From NCBI GenBank assembly GCA_022711115.1, contig JAKLFP010000001.1, forward strand, positions 325,183 through 389,182: 64,000 nt of DNA, read 5' to 3'. Source of the stretch: Candidatus Omnitrophota bacterium (GTDB lineage: Bacteria > Omnitrophota > Omnitrophia > Omnitrophales > Aquincolibacteriaceae). Below the pieces are notes generated by a model that ran no database searches, was not told the DNA's origin, and saw nothing but the letters and a program-made list of their open reading frames with translations. Of the stretch, positions 39,487 to 48,416 are shown in pieces. A program made the translations under genes and the position numbers. How positions within the stretch are numbered: the stretch's first letter is position 1; every line of letters begins with the position of its first letter.

Positions 39487-40386
39487 CTAGGCATTTTTTT
39501 CAAACCATCTTGTCATTTCATCGATAAGAAGCGTTGCTTCCTCAGGCTTCAAGAGTTGGTTTAAGAGCCAAGCATTTTGAAATGCCTCTTGTTTGCCGTG
39601 ATGTTTCCGCAAAGCAAAAAGATAACGGCCTGAATATCTATACCGCTTATTTGCCGTCACGGCTAAAATAAAATTATCTTTATCAAAATTTCCATCCACG
39701 GGCTCCACCGTCAAATACAATATAAAGTTGTTCCTGATAAGTAATGGCGTTCCCGAATTTACGGAAAAAGAAACATCCGCAACTTGCTCGTTTAAAATAG
39801 CCAAGACATCGACCGGCTCAAAAAACAAGTAGTCTTCAAAATCTTCTTCTTTTCCGTATCGCTGAAAGCTGGGGTCGAGATAATAACGCTCTCCTGTCTG
39901 CCGGTTGATGATCGCTAAAACAATATGAGACGAAAAAGGCCTGAGAAAAAATCCCGATTCCGCAGCTCTGACAAAAATAATGGCATAGTCATCTTTCAAA
40001 AAAGCTTTTATTTTTTTATACGTATACGCAGCCAGTTCTCCGCAAAGACCATAGCGCCCTTTTTCTAAAATAAGCTCGTTGTTTTTGTCAAATTTATGCA
40101 CGTTGTGTATGGTCCAGGTCCTTTGATCAAAATTAATGCTTGCCGTTACTTCCGGTTTTACAATCGCATGAAATCCGGAATATTCGAGATGGCTGACTAC
40201 GTTCATGATTTCTTCATAAAAAGGGAGGCTTTGGGAAGGTTGTCGCTCTGAGTTGAAGGATTTAGTTTCATTTTTTTTAAAATAAAACGAACGATAGCTG
40301 AAAAAAATCATTGCCCCGATTAAAAAAATCAGTGCGATTCGATAAAAAAAAAGTTCCCTTTTTAATTTTTTATATTCTTCCATCAT
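39487..40386 (-). CDS. membrane-anchored protein with arylamine N-acetyltransferase (NAT)-like Cys-His-Asp triad; putative acyl/acetyl-transferase or transglutaminase-like hydrolase
   Basis: 299 aa with one N-terminal TM helix. GRYGLCGEL resembles the NAT RGGxCxE motif. Cys to His is 39 residues (SSHIVLAI) and His to Asp is 17 (YYLDPS), close to human NAT spacing of 39 and 15. Confidence 0.4.
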   Translation of the reverse strand: MMEEYKKLKRELFFYRIALIFLIGAMIFFSYRSFYFKKNETKSFNSERQPSQSLPFYEEIMNVVSHLEYSGFHAIVKPEVTASINFDQRTWTIHNVHKFDKNNELILEKGRYGLCGELAAYTYKKIKAFLKDDYAIIFVRAAESGFFLRPFSSHIVLAIINRQTGERYYLDPSFQRYGKEEDFEDYLFFEPVDVLAILNEQVADVSFSVNSGTPLLIRNNFILYLTVEPVDGNFDKDNFILAVTANKRYRYSGRYLFALRKHHGKQEAFQNAWLLNQLLKPEEATLLIDEMTRWFEKNA

Positions 40387-40957
40387 TTCTCCTCTTTCAA
40401 AAAATCCGAATCCTCGCCAAGGCGTTTGAAAAATACATACGTTTTCGTAAAAGGGATATTCAAAATCCGGCGGAAAAGAAAAGACCTCCCAAGAATCAAT
40501 TTATAATCTTCGCGCCTGCACTAAGATATGCGAAAGCCTTTTGATTATCAAGTGTTTAGGTTTTTCTACTGCGCTGATTATTTTTCGAAGCTTGAAGCCG
40601 TTTGTTCCCCATTTAGTCACAAAAAATGGGCTTCAGTGTCGGTACATCCATAATCAGACTATGGCCTCAAAAAAACGGCCCTTCTCAAGATGTTCTATAG
40701 CGAGCCGTTTTAGCTTTGCCGTATAGGCTCTTTAAAAGGCTTTTTTGTATCCTGCCGTTGCATCACTTTAAAATACTCGTATTGATTCACAGCTGATAAA
40801 ATATCACCCTCGCCTCCGGGCATTTTTGAATATGGCTTTTAGAAATAAGATTTCTGTTCAAAAGTCTGCAGGGTTAGCTTAAACTTTTACTAACAGCTTT
40901 TGTAAAGGTGCTCCCGTCAATAAATTACCTTTTAGAAAAGGGACGCAAGGGGCGTTT

Positions 40958-42769
40958 ATGTTGAGATTTATTTCAGATTTTACACAATCTAATTTTTGGA
41001 ATATTTGGGCCATAATTCCCATTATAATGCTCAGCTTCTATTTCTTAAGAAGTAAGCTTCCCTCTCGAACCACTGTGTTACTAATTGGCCTTTTAGTTTT
41101 TTTGTTTTTTTATTTACCGCCAGCGTGGAATATCTGGGTCATGACTCCCATGATCCTTTTCAATTTCTATTTCTTAAGAAGTAAGTTTCCTGCTCGAACT
41201 ATGATGTTGCTAAACGGATTCTTGGTTTTCTTGGCTTTTTATTCCATTTCGATTATGTACAAAGAGAATTTCGCCGCCCGAGCTGAAAGTCCATTAATTT
41301 ATTCTTGTTTAACGGGAATCGAACTTAATTGCATCTACCCTGGCGATGCCAGATTTTTCCCTTTAACCGGCAAGGAATTTTATCTGATTAAAAAACTAAC
41401 CTGTTTTCCAGGAGGCTGCCACGCAATCTCTGTTATACAATTATGGCTGGTCATGGTCGGGCTTTTTTTCTTTTTAAGGAAATGGCCTATCGGTTTTCGC
41501 CTCTTCGTGATGATCGCCGTTGCAACGATGCCGAGCTTTGTCTTTTGTTTCTTCCGGCTGCTCGCCGGTGAGCGTTGTTTGATTTTTTGGCTCGTTGCTT
41601 TATTGATTTGCCTCAGACAATATTTAAAAACGAAATCATCTCTATCGCTTGCCGGCTCCATCATAGCAACTCAATTTGCCCTTTATTACAAAGAGCCTGT
41701 TTTTTTATTCATTGGCGGTTTTGCAGGCTTTCGATTGATTTTTAAAATGTTTATGGAGAAGGATTTTTTAAAACAAAAAGGTTTTCGCAATTTTTTGGCA
41801 AATCATATTTTGGAAGTCTGCCTGCTTATTCTTAGCGGGGCTTTTTTATTTATTTATGTTTGTACACAGCTGCCGTATCCAAAGTTTGTTTACAGTGACC
41901 GCCTGGCTATCGGCGTTTTAAACGTCCTGACTGAATCTTTCTATTCGGATCCATTGATTAGCGTCTTCCTTTTGGCTATGCTCCTGAGAGGTTTCTATTT
42001 GATCCGCCAGAAACAATTTCCTGATTTATTTTGGGATGCTTTAGCTTTTGGCTCATTCCTTTATTTCGCGGCTTTTTTAAAACTACAAATCTATCAGGTT
42101 TATTATATGGCGCCAGTTGATTTTATTGCCGTTCTGTATTTGAGTCGCTATCTTTATTCGTGGTTTCAACGTAATAATAAAAAATTTTTAGCAGGCATTG
42201 TGCTTCTCTTTTTGATAATCGGTTTAGGTCGAAACGCGGCTGCCTCCCTATCTTCTGTCCTCGAAATGAAAAACTTTGTCCTCGGTAAGACTCGGCTTGT
42301 CAAGTTTCTTAAGGATTATCTTGAAAATGAACCTTCTCGGAATGCAAACCTGTTTTTTCCCTATTCGCCAAGGAGACTAGCCGGAGGTTGGTCGATCATG
42401 GAAATGGGCGCTTTTTTGGAGTTCAAGGGTCTAAAGATCTCCAAGAGTGAAAAACGTGATGATAGGAATGGCCCAAGCATTACATTAAAATGGCCTGTTA
42501 AAACTAAGGATGATTTGTGCACCAACTACAGGGATATGAAATGTTTTTATAGCGAGGCTCCAAGCCCTGGCGACTTCATCGTTGTTTTGCCTGACGACGA
42601 TGTCCTCCCTGATGAACTTTTGAAGCTTCAAACTAAAGCAACGCTTTTATTTCATTATCAATATAATTTTTTTACATTAACAAACAAATTGTCTTCTTTG
42701 CTTTTTTTTCATAAAAAAAATAATGCGCATTTAACGCCTAGTTTTTATTTATTTCGTTCAAAAGAATAG
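40958..42769 (+). CDS. large polytopic membrane protein, GT-C-like / PMT-ArnT-like glycosyltransferase candidate, with internal tandem duplication near the N-terminus
   Basis: 603 aa, about 12 TM helices, then a ~150 aa soluble C-terminal domain. 129 bp direct repeat at 40997..41254. Confidence 0.45.
   Translation: MLRFISDFTQSNFWNIWAIIPIIMLSFYFLRSKLPSRTTVLLIGLLVFLFFYLPPAWNIWVMTPMILFNFYFLRSKFPARTMMLLNGFLVFLAFYSISIMYKENFAARAESPLIYSCLTGIELNCIYPGDARFFPLTGKEFYLIKKLTCFPGGCHAISVIQLWLVMVGLFFFLRKWPIGFRLFVMIAVATMPSFVFCFFRLLAGERCLIFWLVALLICLRQYLKTKSSLSLAGSIIATQFALYYKEPVFLFIGGFAGFRLIFKMFMEKDFLKQKGFRNFLANHILEVCLLILSGAFLFIYVCTQLPYPKFVYSDRLAIGVLNVLTESFYSDPLISVFLLAMLLRGFYLIRQKQFPDLFWDALAFGSFLYFAAFLKLQIYQVYYMAPVDFIAVLYLSRYLYSWFQRNNKKFLAGIVLLFLIIGLGRNAAASLSSVLEMKNFVLGKTRLVKFLKDYLENEPSRNANLFFPYSPRRLAGGWSIMEMGAFLEFKGLKISKSEKRDDRNGPSITLKWPVKTKDDLCTNYRDMKCFYSEAPSPGDFIVVLPDDDVLPDELLKLQTKATLLFHYQYNFFTLTNKLSSLLFFHKKNNAHLTPSFYLFRSKE
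40997..41254 (+). repeat. intragenic tandem duplication, 2 x 129 bp (about 70% identity, 21 nt identical core ttctatttcttaagaagtaag)
   Basis: Seen directly. Encodes WNIW...FYFLRSK(L/F)P(S/A)RT...FL.FY twice. Confidence 0.7.
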
Positions 42770-42847
42770 CCCTGCCTGAACCAACCCCATGCGCAACCGG
42801 CAACACGCTTATTTTCTTCCCGGTTTCAAAATGTTTACACAAAAAAA

Positions 42848-42934
42848 CGGAGAGGGAGGGATTCGAACCCCCGAGACGCTTGCGCGCCTAACGGTTTTCA
42901 AGACCGCCGCATTCAACCGCTCTGCCACCTCTCC
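42848..42934 (-). tRNA. tRNA-Ser (anticodon UGA), type II with long variable arm, no encoded CCA
   Basis: Manual fold: acceptor GGAGAGG/CCTCTCC, anticodon stem GCGGT/ACCGT, loop CUUGAAA (U33, UGA, A37), long variable arm, T-loop GGTTCGAATCC. 87 nt. Confidence 0.85.
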
Positions 42935-43067
42935 ATTAAAAAAGATTATTGAAAGGTGTGCTGTCCTGGCTGCCTTTAAATCTTAATAAAGCCAGGGCTG
43001 TCCAGTTTTTATTGAAAAATCAAAGGCAGACTGGACTGCACTGACCTCCTTAGAGTTTTAAATAAGG

Positions 43068-43088
43068 TCAGTGCTGCCACCTCTCCGA
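43068..43088 (-). repeat. duplicate of the tRNA-Ser 5' end (13 nt CTGCCACCTCTCC, minus-strand GGAGAGGTGGCAG) next to a 9 bp-stem hairpin
   Basis: Seen directly, 152 bp from the tRNA copy. No matching 3' acceptor strand, so not a complete tRNA. Confidence 0.5.
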
Positions 43089-43248
43089 AAAAGCCAGGAA
43101 GTTCAAGTTGAGAAACTCAAAAAGTATTGAAATTTGTCCGGCGTTTTCACTCCACTATTCTGAACTTTAAATCGCGGAGCCATGTTTTCTACCCATATCA
43201 CCCTTAAAAAGTTTAACGTGTCCTTTTTCATCATTCGCACAAAAAAGA

Positions 43249-43692
43249 TTAATTCACGGCTTCCAAGCGATTTTCCCAATAAATTAATGCCTCATCCATC
43301 GCTTTTTCTTTATTTGAAGCCAACTCGCTTGCTGGAATTAAAGATCTCTTATAGATTCGCCCTTCTTTGGCCCCATATTCTTGCCAATGCGCTATTGCTA
43401 ATTCTCTTGTAGTAATTCCGGCTAACCGAAGATCTTCGTAATTTTCAACGTAAGTTTCCCAATCAAAGTCTTTGGGAAGAGCGCTTGAAGTGTTTTGAGA
43501 ATGATATTCTTTTTTCATATCAGGCTGAGAACGCAAACGCGAGTTTACCCGGGGATAACTTGTTAATAAAATCATGATAAAAACAAGGGTAATACCCCCG
43601 CCAATAACGCCAAAAAAAACCGGGCGTTTTTTAAATTCTTCTTTTTCTAGGCCTTCTTCTAAAAAAAACCTCGTACGCAAAGGATTGTCCAT
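43249..43692 (-). CDS. membrane-anchored hypothetical protein carrying a polysaccharide-cluster-associated motif (FDxxxYxxxYxDLxxAGIxxxxxAxxHWxxxGxxEGR)
   Basis: 147 aa, one TM helix. The C-terminal motif resembles a repeat seen in glycan-modifying enzymes. Confidence 0.45.
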   Translation of the reverse strand: MDNPLRTRFFLEEGLEKEEFKKRPVFFGVIGGGITLVFIMILLTSYPRVNSRLRSQPDMKKEYHSQNTSSALPKDFDWETYVENYEDLRLAGITTRELAIAHWQEYGAKEGRIYKRSLIPASELASNKEKAMDEALIYWENRLEAVN

Positions 43693-43694
43693 TT

Positions 43695-44201
43695 CTATCG
43701 TTTTTCTTTTCTTAATGTTTTAAAAAATTCCCGCAGAAGAAATTTTGAATCATCTTCCATCACACCGCTAATGACTTTCACCCGATGGTTCAAGCGATCA
43801 TCATCCGTAATCCGGTAAAGGCTGTGACACGCGCCTGCCTTCAGGTCTCTAGCGCCATAAACGAGATTCGTACACTTCGTCATCACCAAGGCGCCGGCGC
43901 ACATCGGACATGGTTCCAACGTCACATAAAGCGTCGCTCCTTCCAAAGAACCCCGATGATCTTTTGCTCCGGCCGGTTTTGCCTCGGGCATTTCGCTTAA
44001 TGCTTCCGAGGCCTGTGTCATAGCGATCATTTCTGCATGGGCTGTCGGGTCACGCAATATTTCCATTTGGTTACAGGCCCGACCGATAACCTTGTTCTTC
44101 CACACCACCACAGCTCCCACCGGCACCTCGCCTCTTTCAAGAGCAATGACTGCTTGCTTGATGGCTTCTTTCATGAAATGCTCGTAATTGGGTTTTTCCA
44201 T
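43695..44201 (-). CDS. tadA: tRNA-specific adenosine deaminase
   Basis: 168 aa. HAE...PCPMC zinc-binding deaminase motifs. Confidence 0.8.
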   Translation of the reverse strand: MEKPNYEHFMKEAIKQAVIALERGEVPVGAVVVWKNKVIGRACNQMEILRDPTAHAEMIAMTQASEALSEMPEAKPAGAKDHRGSLEGATLYVTLEPCPMCAGALVMTKCTNLVYGARDLKAGACHSLYRITDDDRLNHRVKVISGVMEDDSKFLLREFFKTLRKEKR

Positions 44202-44317
44202 ATTTTCCTCAAATACCCTGGCACCGCCATTTCAAATACGAACGATGATCAACTAAACCGTGCGGGGAGGGAAAAACGTATTCTTTTTTCTAGTTTTTAA
44301 TCCTTCGAAATCTTTTT

Positions 44318-45076
44318 TTATGTGTTCTTCAAAATCTCATATTGGGCCGCGAAAGCATCTTGATGGAACATTTTGACTGTTTCTAATGAAAGATCCGCTA
44401 AATTTTTTCCCACCATCGAAAGCTTTTTGAGAATGTCATTGGTCACCGTAATGATGTGACATCCGGAGGCCTCTGCCTGGAAGACGTTCAGCAGCTCCCT
44501 GGAACTCGCCCATAATAGTTCCGCATTCGGATTCGGCTTTAAAATTTCAGCGGCCTTTTTCATGTAAGGCATGGGATCTCTTCCGGTATCGGCAATTCTT
44601 CCTGCGAACACCGAAACGATTGTTTGAGATCCCGGAGCAATAGCTTTCGCAACCGTTTCGACCTGTTCAAGCGTCAAGATCGCCGTCACATTCAGGAAAA
44701 GGCCTTCGCCAGAAAGTTTTTTAATAAGCGGTGCGGAGGATTCGCCTCTTGTGTTCGTAATCGGAATTTTCACATTAACATTACTTCCCCAACTTGCGAT
44801 TTTTTTCGCTTCGCGCTCCATGACATCAAATTCATCGTCAAACACTTCGAAGGAAATGGGAAGATCGCAGATCTCTTCTAAGACCCCTTTGGCAAAAGCC
44901 TCATAATCAGCCACCTTGGCTTTTCTCATCAACGTTGGATTTGTCGTAAAACCTTTTACCACGCCTTCCTTATAAATCTTTTTCATCTCATCAACATCCG
45001 CACCATCCGCAAACAATTTAATGTGAAGATCCTTCATGGCTCCCATGGCTATGTCCCTCATTTCGTAGATTCCCAT
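44318..45076 (-). CDS. tal: short transaldolase / fructose-6-phosphate aldolase family protein
   Basis: GFTTNPTL motif and Schiff-base Lys region. Alternative start at 45037 (MKDLHIKLF). Overlaps gmhA by 19 nt when the longer start is used. Confidence 0.7.
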   Translation of the reverse strand: MGIYEMRDIAMGAMKDLHIKLFADGADVDEMKKIYKEGVVKGFTTNPTLMRKAKVADYEAFAKGVLEEICDLPISFEVFDDEFDVMEREAKKIASWGSNVNVKIPITNTRGESSAPLIKKLSGEGLFLNVTAILTLEQVETVAKAIAPGSQTIVSVFAGRIADTGRDPMPYMKKAAEILKPNPNAELLWASSRELLNVFQAEASGCHIITVTNDILKKLSMVGKNLADLSLETVKMFHQDAFAAQYEILKNT

Positions 45077-45663
45077 TTGCCGCTCACCATTTTAAGCTTC
45101 GGGTGTGTTACTAAAAGATGCCAAATCATCGCCTGAAAAGCTTCCGTCAGCGGGGTGATTGCTTGGGCATCAACCGTCGGGATGAGAACACAGGCATTGG
45201 CCGCTTCAGCGGTAAAACCGCCGTCCCGACCAACGATTCCGCCGATAGATGCTCCGACTCTTTGGGCATATTGAAGCGCTCGAACCAGATTCGGACTGAT
45301 ATTTCTTTCGAGATTCCCACCACCAACCGAAAATACAAGGATCATATCCCCAACCCGCAAACGAGAGGTTTTTAACCAGGCTTCGAATACGGTTTCCCAT
45401 CCTTCATCATTCACGCGCGCGGACAATTCCGACACATTATCGGTCGGGGCATAGGCTTCGAAGCCAGCCAGTTTCCGAAAATCGTTCACGGCATGAGATG
45501 CATTCGCGGCACTGCCGCCGACACCTAAAATAAAGAGCCTCCCGCCGCCGGACCGAGTTTTGGCTAGAAGATCAACCAACGATTCAATCGCGTTTTTATC
45601 CAGCTGCCCGATCAATTTTACAGCAGACGATAAATAGTCCTGGGTAAAATCAGTCATGTTCAA
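45058..45663 (-). CDS. gmhA: D-sedoheptulose-7-phosphate isomerase (SIS domain)
   Basis: 201 aa. SIS motifs (FILGVGGSAANASH, VFSVGGGN). Confidence 0.75.
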   Translation of the reverse strand: MNMTDFTQDYLSSAVKLIGQLDKNAIESLVDLLAKTRSGGGRLFILGVGGSAANASHAVNDFRKLAGFEAYAPTDNVSELSARVNDEGWETVFEAWLKTSRLRVGDMILVFSVGGGNLERNISPNLVRALQYAQRVGASIGGIVGRDGGFTAEAANACVLIPTVDAQAITPLTEAFQAMIWHLLVTHPKLKMVSGKWESTK

Positions 45664-45752
45664 ATTTTCCTCCGTCCTTTACTGCATTCCTATGCGTTCC
45701 ATAGGGTTGCGACATCTTACCGTTACCCTTTATGCTTCATCATCCATCAGCG

Positions 45753-46460
45753 TTAAGATTTCTCCGGTTTTTTTAGATGTTCCTCAAGTTCTTTCATGCC
45801 GGACAATGAGCCTATCTCAAAAAAACGCTCGGGTACCTCATAGCCTGCTAAATGCCCGCCAGTCAAAAGTTTTTGATAAACATCCGCCAGATCAAAGGGG
45901 TGCTCTATGGCATAAGGTTCCCATACCTCCGCACGGAAAACACCCAATCCATAATCAATATATTCCATGAGTGGCGTCCGCTGCTGTTTATTATATGCCA
46001 AAATGCGCCCTCCCGAATACTGCACATTACTCCGGTCTCCCATGTCCCGATTGTGAAAAACGGTCATTAAGGCATCCTTCTTGCTTAATACAAAGGCAGT
46101 CTCGATCGCCTTGTAATCGCATGGTAAATAGGAGTCCCCGTAGAGGACAAAAAAATTCTCTTCAAGGAGAGGCAAGGCCTTGCGTATCGCACCGCCTGTT
46201 CCTAAGGGTCTTTCTCCGTCAAATGAATAGGAAATCTTGAGACCGAATTTTTTTCCATCCCCCGCGAACTCACGGATCAGTTCACCGCGATACCAAGCGC
46301 AGATCACAACCTTTTGGATTCCTCCTCTGCGAAGGAGGCGCAGTTGGTGTGCTAAAAATGGTTTGCCCTGGATTTCAATGAGCGCTTTGGGTATTTTTTC
46401 AGTCATCGGCCGAAGACGGGTCGCTAAACCTCCGGCTAAAATCGCTACGGGCAAACTCAT
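45753..46460 (-). CDS. hddC: D-glycero-alpha-D-manno-heptose-1-phosphate guanylyltransferase-like sugar nucleotidyltransferase
   Basis: 235 aa. N-terminal AILAGGLATRLRP nucleotidyltransferase motif. Context with gmhA, hddA and gmhB. Confidence 0.6.
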   Translation of the reverse strand: MSLPVAILAGGLATRLRPMTEKIPKALIEIQGKPFLAHQLRLLRRGGIQKVVICAWYRGELIREFAGDGKKFGLKISYSFDGERPLGTGGAIRKALPLLEENFFVLYGDSYLPCDYKAIETAFVLSKKDALMTVFHNRDMGDRSNVQYSGGRILAYNKQQRTPLMEYIDYGLGVFRAEVWEPYAIEHPFDLADVYQKLLTGGHLAGYEVPERFFEIGSLSGMKELEEHLKKPEKS

Positions 46461-47437
46461 CCGAGCAGCACCTTCGTGCCTTCAAAGTCGAAGTGAAAAC
46501 GCACTTCTTCCAACCTGGCTTTAGACATGGCTTGCCGCAAACGCGCGCGTTCCTCAGCATAAAAAAGCAGGAAACCGCCGCCACCCGCCCCGACTAACTT
46601 GCCGCCAAGAGCTCCGTTTTTTCGCCCGAGCTCATACCATTCATCAATCTGCGAGTTGCTCATTCCATCCGAACGTTTTTTCTTGTGTTCCCAATGTTCA
46701 TGAAGCAACGCCCCGAACTCTGCCGGCTTCCCAACTTCAAGCGCTTGACGGCTCCGCGCGCCCATTTCTTTTGTCAGATGTAAATTCTCGATCATCTGTC
46801 TGTCCGCGTCATGGCTTCGCTTATTTTGGTCCTTGAGAATGTCTCCGGCTTTACGCGCAAACCCCGTGAAAAACAACAGAAGGTTGTCTTCCAGCGCGAA
46901 AAGCGTGTCGATTGATAGGGATAAAGGATAAGCTTTGACCGAATCGCCCGCATTAAATTCAAAGCATGTAATGCCTCCGTAGGCTGCGATATATTGGTCT
47001 TGTTTTCCGATGGGCTCCTTCAGTTTGTTGATCTCAATGTCACAGGCCAGACTCGCTAACTCGCTGGGAAGGATCAAGCGCCGGCGGTGCGCAAAAAGCG
47101 CTTTGAGCAACGCCGTGGTAAAACTCCCTGAAGAGCCAAGACCCGTACCAGCGGGAATATCCGCCAAAGTTGTAATCTCTACCTGAGGCGTTTTGAATTC
47201 CATGAGGGCAAGTGCTTCACGAATAATGGGATGTTTGATATCGGAAACTTCTTTGACATGCTCCAGTTCTGAATACTTCAAAAAAATCCCGGAGGTAAAC
47301 GGCCGCATGACCGAAACATAAACGTATTTATCGATCGCAGCAGAGATGACAAATCCTCCGTGATCCCGATAATAGGAGGGCAGATCGGTGCCGCCTCCCC
47401 CCAGGGTGATCCTCAGCGGGCTACGTGTGATAATCAT
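46457..47437 (-). CDS. hddA: GHMP kinase, D-glycero-alpha-D-manno-heptose-7-phosphate kinase-like
   Basis: 326 aa. GHMP motif PAGTGLGSSGS. 4 nt overlap with hddC. Confidence 0.65.
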   Translation of the reverse strand: MIITRSPLRITLGGGGTDLPSYYRDHGGFVISAAIDKYVYVSVMRPFTSGIFLKYSELEHVKEVSDIKHPIIREALALMEFKTPQVEITTLADIPAGTGLGSSGSFTTALLKALFAHRRRLILPSELASLACDIEINKLKEPIGKQDQYIAAYGGITCFEFNAGDSVKAYPLSLSIDTLFALEDNLLLFFTGFARKAGDILKDQNKRSHDADRQMIENLHLTKEMGARSRQALEVGKPAEFGALLHEHWEHKKKRSDGMSNSQIDEWYELGRKNGALGGKLVGAGGGGFLLFYAEERARLRQAMSKARLEEVRFHFDFEGTKVLLG

Positions 47438-48416
47438 ATCCGGACTCCTTCTCTATTTTTTCAACAATGGCCAATGCTTCACAAGCATCTCGTAAGCTGG
47501 CTGCCGGTGCACGACTCAGGCGAATATCTTCCAGAAATTCGGCAAATTCGGTATTCCATGAATTATCCCCCTCCGGGAATTCCCACTTAGTAGTCTCGGG
47601 CGGCCCCATCTCTGGAAGCATTTTATAAAAGAAAAGCTTCTCTGCGCCATAACTTCCGCCTAGACCTTCTATGGAGAGTTTCGCTTTTTTTCCATAAATT
47701 TCAAATGAAAAAAGGTTCTTCCATTCCGTACAGCTGACATGCAGAAAAGCCACTTGCTGGGCAGGTGTTTGAAGTAGCATGAATCCGTTATCATCCACAG
47801 GCATTTTCCAGAAATAAGTATGGGCAAACCCGGAAACTTTGGTAAAGTCACCGAGAAACCATCGCGCAAGATCAATAAGATGAACGCCTTGATCGATCAA
47901 CTCTCCCCCGCCGGAAAGTTTTGGATCCGCACGCCATTCTTTTTCATAACCGAGCCGACCACCATGCCCATACCGCCCGCGGACAAACATGAGCTCCCCA
48001 AGTTCTCCCGCTTGGACCAATTCGTTCGCCTTTTGCAGCGCGGGATGATAACGGTGATTGAAACCTACCCGTATTTTAACATTTGTTTTTTCAGCGGCGG
48101 CTATAAGTTCTTTTAATTCTTCACTTGATCGGGCACCCGGCTTTTCCACAAGCACATGTTTGCCGGCCCGAATAGCTTGCAAGGAAATTTTTGTCAAAAC
48201 GTCGTTCGTGGTTGCGACGATCACGATATCCACGTCTTTTCGTCGAAGAACTTCTTCGACATCAGAAGTAGCGGCGACATTCGAGAAAGGTTCGGCCAGC
48301 GCTTTGGCGCGACTGATATCCTGATCCGCGCAGACAACGAGCCGGGCATCGGAAAGTGCCTTGGAGCGTTTCTGTCCGATTCTCCCGCATCCGACAATCG
48401 CAACTCGCGAGGACAT
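47421..48416 (-). CDS. Gfo/Idh/MocA family NAD(P)-dependent sugar oxidoreductase
   Basis: 331 aa. VAIVGCGRIG Rossmann N-terminus. EKP motif. Confidence 0.7.
   Translation of the reverse strand: MSSRVAIVGCGRIGQKRSKALSDARLVVCADQDISRAKALAEPFSNVAATSDVEEVLRRKDVDIVIVATTNDVLTKISLQAIRAGKHVLVEKPGARSSEELKELIAAAEKTNVKIRVGFNHRYHPALQKANELVQAGELGELMFVRGRYGHGGRLGYEKEWRADPKLSGGGELIDQGVHLIDLARWFLGDFTKVSGFAHTYFWKMPVDDNGFMLLQTPAQQVAFLHVSCTEWKNLFSFEIYGKKAKLSIEGLGGSYGAEKLFFYKMLPEMGPPETTKWEFPEGDNSWNTEFAEFLEDIRLSRAPAASLRDACEALAIVEKIEKESGYDYHT

Noticed and set aside
40997-41254. Possible CRISPR or minisatellite from the direct repeat
   Set aside because: Only two units, each 129 bp and about 70% identical, in frame inside a coding sequence, with no short unique spacers. 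This is an intragenic tandem duplication, not a CRISPR array.
42789-42986. 65 aa plus-strand ORF
   Set aside because: It runs across the tRNA-Ser gene on the opposite strand, so it is spurious.
43068-43088. Second tRNA gene at the duplicated GGAGAGGTGGCAG segment
   Set aside because: No complementary 3' acceptor strand (no CCTCTCC on the minus strand) and no T-arm within 150 nt, so it cannot fold as a tRNA. Kept only as a repeat or remnant.
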